A stretch of 64,000 nucleotides of DNA from an uncultured Candidatus Saccharibacteria bacterium (GCA_964438405.1 CAYTKF010000002.1:12404-76403), one strand, 5' to 3'; counted from the stretch's first letter, positions 18,556 through 28,619 are shown. A program made the numbers and translations. Notes: a model not told the origin generated them from the letters alone.

Positions 18556-19679
18556 AATTCTAGATTACCATTTGCAGCCATATTTTTCCAATTTTTTTGT
18601 GTATTGCTTTTTTGAGAACGGATTGCCGCGGCCATTGCTATCATTGCGGCATTGTCGCCGGTAAATCTGGTAATTGGTAATAAGTAATTCGTAATTGGTA
18701 ATTCTTTTTTGATTTTTTCTGCTAATTGTTTTCTTAATTCCGTATTTGCCGCAACACCACCACCAAGAATTATTGTTTTTACTTTATATTCTTTCGCCGC
18801 CCTAATTGTTTTTTTAATTAGTACGTCAATTGTGGCTTGCTGGAATTCGTGGCAAATTTTAGCAATTAAAGGGCGGGAAAATTTATTCCCTTTATCACGG
18901 GCAGCAAGGGAAATGATACGGGAATCAAATTTTTCCGCCCTTATGTCCCTTAGTAGATACAAAAGTGCGGTTTTTAATCCAGAAAAACTGAAATCATAAT
19001 CTTTGCTGTTAATCATCGGTCTTGGGAGATGTATCTGACTACTGACTACTGACGACTGACTACTTTTTGCCAGTTTTGCAATTTCCGGGCCGCCAGGATA
19101 GGGAAGCCCCAGCATTTTTGCCGCCTTATCAAATGCCTCGCCAACAGCGTCATCGCGAGTTGCACCAATAATTTTATATTTAAGCCAATCTTTAATTAAA
19201 ACTAATTCCGTATGACCACCACTAACCAGCAATGTGATTGCTGGAAATTTTAAATTTTTAATTTTTAATTTTAAATTTTGTTTTAGAAACACAGAAAAGA
19301 TATGTCCTTCCATGTGATTTATGCCGATTAATGGTTTGTTCCATTTTTTCGCCAATTCTTGAGAAAAATTTATGCCGGTCCAAAGAGCTGGTTCCAGACC
19401 CGGGCCTTGTGTCACGGCAATCAAATCAATATTTTTGAGATTTGATATTTGAGATTTAAGATTTAAGAAACCTGCCTTCTTTAATGCTTTATTAAGAACA
19501 ATGGGCAGGTTTCGTTCGTGTTCTCGTTTGGCTAAATTCGGCACAACTCCACCCCATTTTGCATGGATTTTAACTTGCGAAGCAACAATATTAGATAAAA
19601 TAGAAAACTTGCCGTTCTTAACTTTAAGCACGGCGATGGCTGTTTCATCGCAAGAAGTTTCAATGGCTAAAATAATCAT
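18552..19679 (-). CDS. tsaD: t6A threonylcarbamoyltransferase TsaD with several repeat insertions
   Basis: IETSCDET, HMEGH, LLVSGGHT, DDAVGEAFDK, FSFSGLKT, DNAAMIA. Confidence 0.96.
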   Translation of the reverse strand: MIILAIETSCDETAIAVLKVKNGKFSILSNIVASQVKIHAKWGGVVPNLAKREHERNLPIVLNKALKKAGFLNLKSQISNLKNIDLIAVTQGPGLEPALWTGINFSQELAKKWNKPLIGINHMEGHIFSVFLKQNLKLKIKNLKFPAITLLVSGGHTELVLIKDWLKYKIIGATRDDAVGEAFDKAAKMLGLPYPGGPEIAKLAKSSQSSVVSSQIHLPRPMINSKDYDFSFSGLKTALLYLLRDIRAEKFDSRIISLAARDKGNKFSRPLIAKICHEFQQATIDVLIKKTIRAAKEYKVKTIILGGGVAANTELRKQLAEKIKKELPITNYLLPITRFTGDNAAMIAMAAAIRSQKSNTQKNWKNMAANGNLEL

Positions 19680-20209
19680 ATTCTTTTTATTTCTATTAAA
19701 ATAGACGGAGAATTTTTAATAGTACCACCATCGACATAAAAATCAATCTTATTGCCGAAATATTTTTTTGCTTCTTTGATATTTTTCGCCGGCTTTTTGC
19801 CGGAAATATTGGCGCTGGGTGCAACAAGCGGACCGGTTTTGCGAAGCAAATTTAACAAATCTTTTTTTGCTGGTATTCTAAATGCAATAGTTTTTGTTCC
19901 GCGATGCAGATAAGAAAATTTTTTAGACGGACAAGATATAATAACGCTTGTCGGAACTTTGGTGTTAAACCAAATATTACTTAAAAAATTTTTTAACCTT
20001 GGCGTTAATTTTATATCAAAAATTTTTAAATCATTCAGCAAACCAATTAAAACAATCATGGGTTTTTTTAAATCCCGTTGGCGCAGTTTATAAATTCTTT
20101 CAACAGTATTCGACAATAGGGCAGAGCCAAGAATTCCATAAATCGTGTCCGTTGCCATCACCCCAATTCCGCCGGATTTTAAAATTTTAATTATATTATT
20201 TTGGCTCAT
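19676..20209 (-). CDS. tsaC: L-threonylcarbamoyladenylate synthase (TsaC/Sua5)
   Basis: TDTIYG, APSANISG. Confidence 0.9.
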   Translation of the reverse strand: MSQNNIIKILKSGGIGVMATDTIYGILGSALLSNTVERIYKLRQRDLKKPMIVLIGLLNDLKIFDIKLTPRLKNFLSNIWFNTKVPTSVIISCPSKKFSYLHRGTKTIAFRIPAKKDLLNLLRKTGPLVAPSANISGKKPAKNIKEAKKYFGNKIDFYVDGGTIKNSPSILIEIKRI

Positions 20210-20885
20210 ATTTAAAATAATTATCAAGCAAAAAATCAATATCTTGATTTTCTTGCCATAACTTTCTCATTTTTTCAAAATATTTTACTCCGGTATAAGG
20301 TTTCTTTTTTGCTCCGTCAAATTTTAAAATTTTATAATAAGGGCTCCAATTTTCTATAACAGAATTAAAAACTTCGGAAATTTGCCAGACGTATTCTGCC
20401 TTTTTACCATGTTTTTTTGTGCCTTTATAATTATATTTTTTTGCCAAATAATCAAAGAAAATAAAGTGAAGTAATTCATGGCCGGTTACCATTATAGGAA
20501 ATTTACTTTGGCGCAGAGCAGGAAAGAAAAATGTTTTTTCTTTTATATTGCGAGGATACATGTCAAAAACACTTGCATAACCGATATATTTTCCTTTGGA
20601 CCAGGGATGGTTTTTGAAAATTTTATTTACTAAATCAAAATATTTTTTCTCAATGTTCTGCCATTCTTTTTTGATCTTTTTTACGTTTTTATCAATTTCT
20701 TCTTTGCGTAAATTAAAATTGTCTTGCACATATTTTTTTATTGTTTCATCTTTCTTCCCGTGCAGTTTTTCTGGCAAAAACATATTTAGAAACTTTATTC
20801 CGCCGGTAGAATACTTTTTGAAAAGAATATAATTTTCAATATCTTTATCCGCGCTTATTACAAATTTAACCTTGGGATTTTTCAT
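20196..20885 (-). CDS. Hypothetical protein (possible HExxH zinc peptidase)
   Basis: HELLH with a downstream SE. Confidence 0.6.
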   Translation of the reverse strand: MKNPKVKFVISADKDIENYILFKKYSTGGIKFLNMFLPEKLHGKKDETIKKYVQDNFNLRKEEIDKNVKKIKKEWQNIEKKYFDLVNKIFKNHPWSKGKYIGYASVFDMYPRNIKEKTFFFPALRQSKFPIMVTGHELLHFIFFDYLAKKYNYKGTKKHGKKAEYVWQISEVFNSVIENWSPYYKILKFDGAKKKPYTGVKYFEKMRKLWQENQDIDFLLDNYFKYEPK

Positions 20886-21009
20886 AATATTAAAACTAAT
20901 TATAAATTAATGGTCCAAAATAAAAAAGGGGAGCGTTTCAACGTCTTTCGACTCCACGCCCCCCGCTCTGCACTCAACGCCGTCCCAGAGGGCTGTGGAT
21001 AAATAAAAA

Positions 21010-21099
21010 CGGAAGCGGGTGGATTCGAACCACCGATCCGCCTCAGCGGCGGATACCGCTTTTCGAGAGCGGCCCATTCAACCACTCTGGCACGCTTCC
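21010..21099 (-). tRNA. tRNA-Ser(CGA)
   Basis: Anticodon loop CTCGAAA, long variable arm ATCCGCCGCTGAGGCGGAT. Confidence 0.93.
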
Positions 21100-21113
21100 A
21101 TACAAAAACTTTT

Positions 21114-21185
21114 TGACCCTACCGGGAATCGAACCCGGATTTACACATTGAAAGCGTGCCGTCCTGACCATTAGACGATAGGGCC
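21114..21185 (-). tRNA. tRNA-Glu(TTC)
   Basis: Anticodon loop CTTTCAA. Confidence 0.93.
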
Positions 21186-21229
21186 TATTTGCTTGAAATT
21201 TTACCCCAAAAACAATAAAATGTAAATCT

Positions 21230-21295
21230 GTGAAAAATTTTAAAGAAAAAGTTTTTGATGTTGTTAAAAAAATTCCCAGAGGGTTGAAATTTTAA
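21230..21295 (+). pseudogene. Relic of an MGMT/Atl (O6-methylguanine methyltransferase DNA-binding) N-terminus
   Basis: VKNFKEKVFDVVKKIPRG then an immediate stop. Confidence 0.6.
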
Positions 21296-21320
21296 GTAAT
21301 TTTATTACAATAAGTAAGTT

Positions 21321-21392
21321 GCGCCCATAGCTCAGTGGTAGAGCGTTTCGTTGACATCGAAAAGGCCCGAAGTTCGATCCTTCGTGGGCGCA
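21321..21392 (+). tRNA. tRNA-Val(GAC)
   Basis: Anticodon loop TTGACAT. Confidence 0.95.
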
Positions 21393-21401
21393 TGGAAAAT
21401 T

Positions 21402-21644
21402 ATGTCAAAAAAAACAAAAATTATTCAGAAACGCGAAGAGTGCATTGGTTGCGGTTCTTGTACCATTGTTTGCCAGAAGTTTTGGAAGATGAACGAAAAA
21501 GATATGAAAGCAGATTTAATTGGTGGAAAAATTAATGACTCTGGCGAATACGAATTGGAGATAAAGAATATTAGCGCAGAGGATTTAGATTGTAATAAAC
21601 AGGCCGCAGATGTATGTCCTGTTAAAATAATTAAAATAATATGA
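21402..21644 (+). CDS. Ferredoxin
   Basis: CIGCGSC...C and AADVCP. Confidence 0.88.
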   Translation: MSKKTKIIQKREECIGCGSCTIVCQKFWKMNEKDMKADLIGGKINDSGEYELEIKNISAEDLDCNKQAADVCPVKIIKII

Positions 21645-22558
21645 TTTATGATGTTGCAATAATTGGAGGTTCGTTTGCCGGTCTCACTGCCGGCATTTAT
21701 TCCGCCAGAAAAAAACTTTCTACTATCATTCTCACAAAAAATCTCGGAGGCCAGGCAATACTTACCGAAGAAATAGGAAATTTTCCGGGATTCGAAAAAA
21801 TTTCCGGCAGAGAGCTGACACAAAAAATAACAGACCAAAATAAGAAATACGGCGTGGAGATAAAGGAAGGTACAGAAATAATTTCTATAAAAAAAGATGA
21901 AGAGGAGTTTGAAGTCCGACTTCGAAATCTCGAAGTCGGACTTCGGGCAAAATCAGTTATTATAGCGACTGGCAAAGAATACCGGCATTTGAATGTCCCA
22001 GGCGGTAAAGAATATGAAAATAAGGGCATAAGTTTTTGTTCCACCTGTGACGCCCCGCTTTTTGAAAACAAAGACGTGGCGGTTGTGGGCGGAGGAAATT
22101 CCGGATTATGCTCTAGCCGCGACCTTCTGGCATACGCCAATAAAATTTATGTTATGGATGTCCTGTCCCAAATAACAGGAGACGAGATTATCCAAGAGCA
22201 GTTGAAAAAAAGCGGCAAAGTAGAATTTATAACTAATGCCAAAATAAAAGAAATCAAGGGCGGAAATTTTGTGGAAAAAATTATTTATTCAGACGGAGAT
22301 GACGAAAAAGAATTGAATGTTCAGGGAATTTTTGTAAACATCGGCTGGATGCCATCAAGCGGATTGGCAAAAGAGCTGGTTAAAATAAACAAAGCCGGAG
22401 AAATAATAATTGACCACAATACCAATGAAACTTCGGTTCCGGGAATTTTCGCAGCCGGCGATGTCACTGACATAAAATACAAACAATGCGTCATAGCTGC
22501 TGCAGAGGGCGCAAAAGCAGCTCTCTCAGCCTACGAGTATTTAAAAAATAAAAAGTAA
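21641..22558 (+). CDS. trxB: Thioredoxin reductase
   Basis: IIGGSFAGLTA, CSTCD, VVGGGNSG, AAGDVT. Confidence 0.88.
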   Translation: MIYDVAIIGGSFAGLTAGIYSARKKLSTIILTKNLGGQAILTEEIGNFPGFEKISGRELTQKITDQNKKYGVEIKEGTEIISIKKDEEEFEVRLRNLEVGLRAKSVIIATGKEYRHLNVPGGKEYENKGISFCSTCDAPLFENKDVAVVGGGNSGLCSSRDLLAYANKIYVMDVLSQITGDEIIQEQLKKSGKVEFITNAKIKEIKGGNFVEKIIYSDGDDEKELNVQGIFVNIGWMPSSGLAKELVKINKAGEIIIDHNTNETSVPGIFAAGDVTDIKYKQCVIAAAEGAKAALSAYEYLKNKK

Positions 22559-23284
22559 TTATTTGCCGGTAGTATAAGTGCCGTTTAGAATCTGGTCAAT
22601 AATAACCTTAAGCTGTGCGTAAGGAAGTGCTCCGCTCACAGGATATTTGTCTCCGTTTTTGGTTAATATTACAGAATATGGCGTGCCCCGAGCGCCCGAG
22701 GCAACGGCGTCTTCATAATCCGTCTGCACCTTGGCTGCGAATTTCCCGCTACTCAGGCAATCATTAAATTTGTTTACATCAAGTCCGACATACTCGGCTA
22801 TTTTTGGAAGCTGGGTTGGATCTAATGTATCGTTTGAAGTTGTCACTTCAAAAAGACGGTTGACATAAGTCCAGAATTTGTCATTACCCCCAAGATCAGC
22901 CGCGCATTCTGTTGCCTCAGCCTCTTTTCTTGATTTTTGATGCAAGGAATCAAGCGGGAAGTGGCGAAGGACAAAACGCATCTTGCCTGCCTTTCCGTAT
23001 TCGTCCATCATCTGGTTTGCAGTGGCATTGAATGTTTTACAAAACGGGCATTCCAGATCAGTAAAGAGGATAAATGTCAGGTCGGCATTGGGGTTGCCAA
23101 GAATGTGGTCACTGGAGGTAACTTCTTTAGGTCCATCTAATTTTTGTCCTGAAGTAACATCTCCGGTTGCAGCCAGATTATCAGATGGTTTTTTTGTGTT
23201 GGTATTGGTGTAATAAACGGTTCCGGCAATAATTAATCCGGCAACTATAATTGATGCGGGCAAAGCCCAATTTTTATTTTCCAT
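22559..23284 (-). CDS. DsbA-family thiol-disulfide oxidoreductase
   Basis: DLECPFC, RHFPL, GTP. Confidence 0.9.
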   Translation of the reverse strand: MENKNWALPASIIVAGLIIAGTVYYTNTNTKKPSDNLAATGDVTSGQKLDGPKEVTSSDHILGNPNADLTFILFTDLECPFCKTFNATANQMMDEYGKAGKMRFVLRHFPLDSLHQKSRKEAEATECAADLGGNDKFWTYVNRLFEVTTSNDTLDPTQLPKIAEYVGLDVNKFNDCLSSGKFAAKVQTDYEDAVASGARGTPYSVILTKNGDKYPVSGALPYAQLKVIIDQILNGTYTTGK

Positions 23285-23303
23285 AATACATTAATTATAT
23301 ACG

Positions 23304-24419
23304 CTATTTTTTTCTGCGCAAGAAAGCGGGAATGACACTCGTTGTTTCTTCTTCGTCTATAAGGTCTTTTTCTTTAATTTTTTCTTTGGCGCCGGGAGCG
23401 TCGGAATTAGATTGCCCCTGTCCTACAGCGGCTTGAAACAGCGATTGCTTCCTGACATTTTTTGCCTCAGGAAAGCCAGAGGCAATAACTGTCACCTTTA
23501 TCTCTCCGCGCTTTAATCTTTCGTCATTGATTGCTCCGAATATGACCTTGGCGTCTGAATCTATTGATTCTGTTATAATGTTTGCCGCGTTCTGGATTTC
23601 CAGCATGGTCATGTCTTCTCCTCCGGAAATGGCAAACAAAACGCCCTGCGCTCCCTCTATGGAAAGATCCAAAAGTGGAGAATTAATGGCCATACGAGCA
23701 GCCTCCTCAGCTCTATTTTCGCCCTGGGCTGAACCAATGCCCATTAGAGCAGAACCGGCATTTTGCATCACTGTTTTGACATCGGCGAAATCAACATTGA
23801 TGATGCCGGGCATTGTGATGAGGTCGGAAATGCCTTCCACCGCCTGTCTTAAAACATCGTCGCACATCTGAAAGGCGGAAATAAAAGTTGTCTGTTTGTC
23901 TATCAGCCCCAGAAGACGGTCATTGGGAATGACTATTACAGCATCAACAGCGTCGCGCAGATTAACAAGATATTCATCTGCAATTCTGGAACGCTGAGCT
24001 CCTTCAAAAGTAAAGGGCCGGGTAATAACGGCAATGGTTAAGATTCCTTGTTCCCTTGCGATTCTTGCCACAACAGGCGAAGCCCCGCTTGCAGTGCCCC
24101 CGCCGAATCCGCAGGCGATAAAAACCATGTCAGCGCCCTTGAGGGTTTCCTGAATGGCCTCTTTGGTTTCTTCCGCAGCTTTCTTTCCGATTTCAGGATC
24201 CATACCTCCGCCAAGACCGCGGGTTAAATTTTTTCCAATGTGAATTTTTTTAGAAGCAAGAGAGTGATGGAGTTTTTGCGCGTCAGTGTCAACAGCAATG
24301 AATTCCACTCCCTTGACCTTGGAGCGGACCATATGGTTGACAGAGTTGGTGCCGGAATTGCCGATGCCAACTACTTTAATCCTTGCAAAAGCCTCTATTT
24401 CAGGCGTTATTCTAGTCAT
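23304..24419 (-). CDS. ftsZ: Cell division protein FtsZ
   Basis: [30 protein letters not shown]. Confidence 0.96.
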   Translation of the reverse strand: MTRITPEIEAFARIKVVGIGNSGTNSVNHMVRSKVKGVEFIAVDTDAQKLHHSLASKKIHIGKNLTRGLGGGMDPEIGKKAAEETKEAIQETLKGADMVFIACGFGGGTASGASPVVARIAREQGILTIAVITRPFTFEGAQRSRIADEYLVNLRDAVDAVIVIPNDRLLGLIDKQTTFISAFQMCDDVLRQAVEGISDLITMPGIINVDFADVKTVMQNAGSALMGIGSAQGENRAEEAARMAINSPLLDLSIEGAQGVLFAISGGEDMTMLEIQNAANIITESIDSDAKVIFGAINDERLKRGEIKVTVIASGFPEAKNVRKQSLFQAAVGQGQSNSDAPGAKEKIKEKDLIDEEETTSVIPAFLRRKK

Positions 24420-24460
24420 ACCATAAGACTAGCACACCAGTCATTTAGCGGTCAACTAGA

Positions 24461-25666
24461 TTACGGCATCAGATTTTTAAACCACCTTCCCATGTTTGAA
24501 AAGATGCCGCGAGCGGAAATTGTAGAATTTGAAAGTTCTGTTGATGATTCTGTTGTTGACATTAAACATAATCCCAAAGCTGTTGACCATGCCGGGTCGT
24601 TGAAAATCATTTCTTTGGTTGAATTGGTGTTGGCAGTGATATTTCTTGAAGAATTATTTATTGTTGTTGCGTAGCTTCCGATTTTCGCCGGCAAATGCAG
24701 GCTGCTCTTGGCAATATCTTCCAAACTAAAAAGACTTGAACCTCCGCCGGTTAAAATTATTCCACCGGGAAGCATTTCCTGTCTTCCGATTTTTTTGAGG
24801 TGGTTTTCTATCAATTCAAAAATGTCATCCATGCGCGCCTCAATAATATCCTCTAGTTTTCTTTTTGGCGGCGGATTTTCTGTACCGTAATTTATCTTCA
24901 TTTTTTCTGCCTCTTCCAATGGGATTTGAAAGCCCAATGCAATATCGCTTGTTATGTAGTTGGAACCGATAAGAAATACCTCTAAAGAAATAGGCAGTCC
25001 TTCTTCAAAAACAATAACAGAAACAGTTGTGGAGCCGATATTTACCAGGACACAGCCGACCTCTTTCTGATTTTTTGTGAGAAGGGCGTTGGCCATTGCC
25101 AGAGGAGAGGCAATAATGTCATCAACAACCACGCCTGCTCCCTCAACGCATTTTATCAAATTAGAGATGTGTTGATTGAGGCAGGTTATAAAAAGAGTTT
25201 CTGTTTCCAGTTTTGAGCCGGTCATGCCAGCAGGCCTGCCCCAGACAAGATTGTTGTCTATCTTAAAATACAAGGGAATGGAATGAATGATTCTGCGATT
25301 GGAAATATTCGGCAGATTTGCCTCGCTTTGCTCTACAACTCTTTTAACGTCATTGTCCGTAACTTCGCCGTCGGCGCGCGATATCATGACCATACCTTTT
25401 GATTTTATGGAACCAAGGCCGATTCCATTTACGGCAACAACACTGTTTTTAATGGAAACGCCTGATGTTTTTTCTGCAGAATGCAGGGCAAGAGAGATGC
25501 TTTTGGTGGCGTTTTCTATGTCAGACACAAAACCCTTTTTTATGCCGTCAGACGGCTTTTGGCTGGCGCTTAAAATATTTAATCCGCCGTCTTTTTTTTC
25601 TTCAGCCACAATGACTCTTATGGTAGAGCTTCCCGCGTCTATGCCTGTTATAATATTTCTTGCCAC
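24461..25666 (-). CDS. ftsA: Cell division protein FtsA
   Basis: GIDAGSS, LTGGGS, directly upstream of ftsZ. Confidence 0.93.
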   Translation of the reverse strand: MARNIITGIDAGSSTIRVIVAEEKKDGGLNILSASQKPSDGIKKGFVSDIENATKSISLALHSAEKTSGVSIKNSVVAVNGIGLGSIKSKGMVMISRADGEVTDNDVKRVVEQSEANLPNISNRRIIHSIPLYFKIDNNLVWGRPAGMTGSKLETETLFITCLNQHISNLIKCVEGAGVVVDDIIASPLAMANALLTKNQKEVGCVLVNIGSTTVSVIVFEEGLPISLEVFLIGSNYITSDIALGFQIPLEEAEKMKINYGTENPPPKRKLEDIIEARMDDIFELIENHLKKIGRQEMLPGGIILTGGGSSLFSLEDIAKSSLHLPAKIGSYATTINNSSRNITANTNSTKEMIFNDPAWSTALGLCLMSTTESSTELSNSTISARGIFSNMGRWFKNLMP

Positions 25667-25700
25667 TTTAATTAAAATTCTAAATTCTAAATACTAAATT

Positions 25701-26015
25701 CTAAACTTTGGTGTTAATTTTAAATAGTTCGGCTAATTGTTTTTCTTTGGTGTTCATTTTTTTGCCGTGCTCTAAACCCCTTAAGTGGAGAAGAGAATGG
25801 AGAAATAAATAATCTGCGTTCTTTATGTTTTTTTTACTTATTAAAATCTCTCCGCTGTTTTTTGAATAAAGAAAAGAAAGAACATTTGCCGGCTTATTTT
25901 TTTTGCGGTACATCTTGTTGAATTTTTTCATCAAAAAACTTTCAACAAAGGCAACGCTCAAATCAAAATTCTTACCAAGCACTTTCTTCTTAATCTCCTC
26001 CCACTTTCTCCTCAT
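25701..26015 (-). CDS. ybeY: rRNA maturation RNase YbeY (short)
   Basis: NKMYRKKNKPANVLSF, HSLLHLRGLEH. Confidence 0.85.
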   Translation of the reverse strand: MRRKWEEIKKKVLGKNFDLSVAFVESFLMKKFNKMYRKKNKPANVLSFLYSKNSGEILISKKNIKNADYLFLHSLLHLRGLEHGKKMNTKEKQLAELFKINTKV

Positions 26016-26131
26016 AATTTTAACACAAATAATTTATATTGCTATTTTACTAAAAAAATAGGGTGTAGTCAAAATATTGACTTTTTTGTGGTGATATTGC
26101 TAGTATAGAAAACGGAAGGAGGTTCATTTAG

Positions 26132-26512
26132 ATGAGCCAGCTGAATCAACAAGAAAAAGAAAGGTTCGTATTATTGCTCCTCAAAGGCCATAATTTGTGG
26201 AGCGACGAAGATATTACGGTCCTTTTGGCCCATTCTGAAGAAATTAAAGAAATAGTCTATATTCTTTGGAGATCTTTTCCTGAATTCATTGAACAGGTTC
26301 GAAGATACCGTGCTCGCAAAAAGGAACTTTCCAAGCTTCCAACCGAGGAATTGCTTGTAAAACAGAGGGCTATCAGTGATCACAGGGCGGCTGCGATGGC
26401 GAATGACCCGGACGACACAGAACTTCCTGACTCGTTTTTTGAGGCGCCACCCTTTTATTCTGACGAAAGTATTATCTACGAAATTCTTGAAGAAAGGAAA
26501 ATGGCCGCTTAA
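26132..26512 (+). CDS. Hypothetical ORFan
   Basis: TTGACT..TAGTAT promoter, AGGAGG SD. Confidence 0.65.
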   Translation: MSQLNQQEKERFVLLLLKGHNLWSDEDITVLLAHSEEIKEIVYILWRSFPEFIEQVRRYRARKKELSKLPTEELLVKQRAISDHRAAAMANDPDDTELPDSFFEAPPFYSDESIIYEILEERKMAA

Positions 26513-26565
26513 GGGCAATAATCTTTTTTTTGAACAAAGCTGTTGGTTCGCCAACAGCCCTTTTT

Positions 26566-26787
26566 TTATTCTATTTTTCCTAATTTTCTTAAAAGCTCCC
26601 GTTCTTTGCGTTTTCCCGCGCGTTTGAGAGCGTCTTTTTTCTTTTTCAATTCTGATTTTGGGCGCGTCTTAAATCGGTTTTTGCGAACCAATGGCAAAAT
26701 CCCCGAGTCCTTGATTCTTTTGGTGAATCTTCTTATCAAATTAACGCTTGATTCTCCTTCGCCCCGCCTTACTTCTATCATAGGCAT
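26566..26787 (-). CDS. rpsU: 30S ribosomal protein bS21
   Basis: IEVRRGEGES..LIRRFTKRI..SG, basic tail. Confidence 0.75.
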   Translation of the reverse strand: MPMIEVRRGEGESSVNLIRRFTKRIKDSGILPLVRKNRFKTRPKSELKKKKDALKRAGKRKERELLRKLGKIE

Positions 26788-26794
26788 AATTAAT

Positions 26795-28090
26795 TTAGTG
26801 TTCAGCTAATTTCTTTTTAATAATTTCGACAACATCTTTTATTGGCACTGTTTCCTGACTGCCGGAATTCATATCCCGGACAATGATCGAATTTTCCATG
26901 CTTTCTTTTTGCCCCAAGATCAAAGCATAATTGACATTAAATTTTGATGCAAGATTGAGCTGGCCCCGCAGACTGTCTTTGCTGATGGACTGCGATAAAG
27001 GAAGTTTTGCCTTTCTGAACATTTCTATAACGTTTAAACTTTTATTTCTGGCTCCGGCGCCTAGCTGAATAAGAAAGACTTTTGGCTGGCGCTTTGGTCT
27101 CGGTGCAATATTTTTTTCTTTCATCAATTGCACAATTCTGTCCATACCAATGGACACTCCGGCAGCTGGCACATCTTTTTTCCCTAAAATTTTTGCGAGA
27201 TAATCATAACGGCCTCCGCCTGCCAGGGCATCTTCTAGTGGTTCTTTATTCTCGAAAAATTCAAAAACGGTTCGGTCGTAATAATCCAAACCGCGCACAA
27301 GATGGTTGTTTAAGAAATAGGGAATTTTGACAGAATCAAGCGATTCCAAAACTTCCATAAAGTGGCGCTTGCAGTTGTAGCATAAATGGTCTGTCATCTG
27401 AGGAGCGTCTTTTTTAAAGGCAATGCATTTTTCTTCTTTGCAGTCCAGAAGGCGCAGGGGATTTTCTTTTAATCTTCTTTTGCAGTCAGCACACAGATTA
27501 TTTATTCTTTTCTTATAATAATTGATAAGTTCTTTTTTAAATGCGGGCCGGCATTCTTTGTCGCCCAGAGAATTTATGTGTACAATTAAAGGTCCCAGCC
27601 CAAGTTCCTGAAAAATGAGATAAATAACCTGGATTATTATTGTTTCTGCAATTGGTTTTTCTTCACCCAAAATTTCCAGGCCGAACTGCTGGAATTCCCT
27701 GAAGCGGTTTTTCTGCGGATTTTCATGTCTGAATGCAGAGCCCTTGTACCAGAGCATAACCGGCTGAGGCAGAATGTGCATGCCGTGTTCGAGATAGGCG
27801 CGCATCACTCCGGCAGTAAATTCAGGACGCAGACTTAATTTGTCGCCGCCTCTTGTTTTGAGTGAATACATTTCTTTTTCCACAATATCTGTTGACGCTC
27901 CGACTCCTGCGGTAAAAATTTCCGTTCTTTCCAAATGGGGGATTTGTATGGGATGGAAGCCGTAATAAGAGGCAATTTCTTCCGCCCTGTCATAAATATT
28001 TTGAAAGTAAACATAATCATCGGCCAAAATGTCGCGCATGCCCTTGGGAGACTGAAGAAGTATTTTTTGTTTTTCTGTTTTATTTGGCAT
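26795..28090 (-). CDS. hisS: Histidine--tRNA ligase
   Basis: PKGMRD, LRPEFTA, FRHENPQ..RFREF.Q, LVRGLDYY, GGGRYD. Confidence 0.96.
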   Translation of the reverse strand: MPNKTEKQKILLQSPKGMRDILADDYVYFQNIYDRAEEIASYYGFHPIQIPHLERTEIFTAGVGASTDIVEKEMYSLKTRGGDKLSLRPEFTAGVMRAYLEHGMHILPQPVMLWYKGSAFRHENPQKNRFREFQQFGLEILGEEKPIAETIIIQVIYLIFQELGLGPLIVHINSLGDKECRPAFKKELINYYKKRINNLCADCKRRLKENPLRLLDCKEEKCIAFKKDAPQMTDHLCYNCKRHFMEVLESLDSVKIPYFLNNHLVRGLDYYDRTVFEFFENKEPLEDALAGGGRYDYLAKILGKKDVPAAGVSIGMDRIVQLMKEKNIAPRPKRQPKVFLIQLGAGARNKSLNVIEMFRKAKLPLSQSISKDSLRGQLNLASKFNVNYALILGQKESMENSIIVRDMNSGSQETVPIKDVVEIIKKKLAEH

Positions 28091-28580
28091 ATGCATAACC
28101 TGGGAATAATCCTATTTTATTAAAAGGCCAGAGCCGGACAAGCGCTCTTCCGACCAAAAGGTTTTGGGATACTGTGCCCCAAACGCGGGAGTCAGAACTT
28201 TGAGTGGAATTATCTCCCAAAACATAATATTCTCCGTCCTGAAGAGTTACATCCTTGCCATTTATTTTAACCACGTCTTCAGGTACACCCTCAATTCTTT
28301 TTATAAAAAATTTTGACTGGTCAAGCGGATAGCGAAAAACAACCACATCTCCGATTTTCGGCGCTTCAAAACGATAAGTCAATTCATCTATAATTAAGTA
28401 ATCGCCGTTGTTAAAAGCAGGCTCCATAGACGGCCCGCTCACAATAAACGGCTGGGCGATCCAGAAGCGGATGGGCAAAACTATCAAGGTGGCAATAATG
28501 GCAAACTTAAAAATTTCCCAAAGAGAACTTTTTTGTTTTTCTTGCACCCCGTTAGAAATTTTTTTTTCTGTTTCATCCAT
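28080..28580 (-). CDS. lepB: Signal peptidase I
   Basis: SGPSMEP, FIKRIEG, GDNSTQSSDSR. Confidence 0.93.
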   Translation of the reverse strand: MDETEKKISNGVQEKQKSSLWEIFKFAIIATLIVLPIRFWIAQPFIVSGPSMEPAFNNGDYLIIDELTYRFEAPKIGDVVVFRYPLDQSKFFIKRIEGVPEDVVKINGKDVTLQDGEYYVLGDNSTQSSDSRVWGTVSQNLLVGRALVRLWPFNKIGLFPGYAYAK

Positions 28581-28619
28581 AATATTTATTTACCCCGTTA
28601 AAATTTCTAACGGGGCAAG
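28541..28619. repeat. Inverted repeats CCCCGTTAGAAAT around the lepB start codon
   Basis: 28541-28561 pairs with 28601-28619; third partial copy at 28592. Confidence 0.8.
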
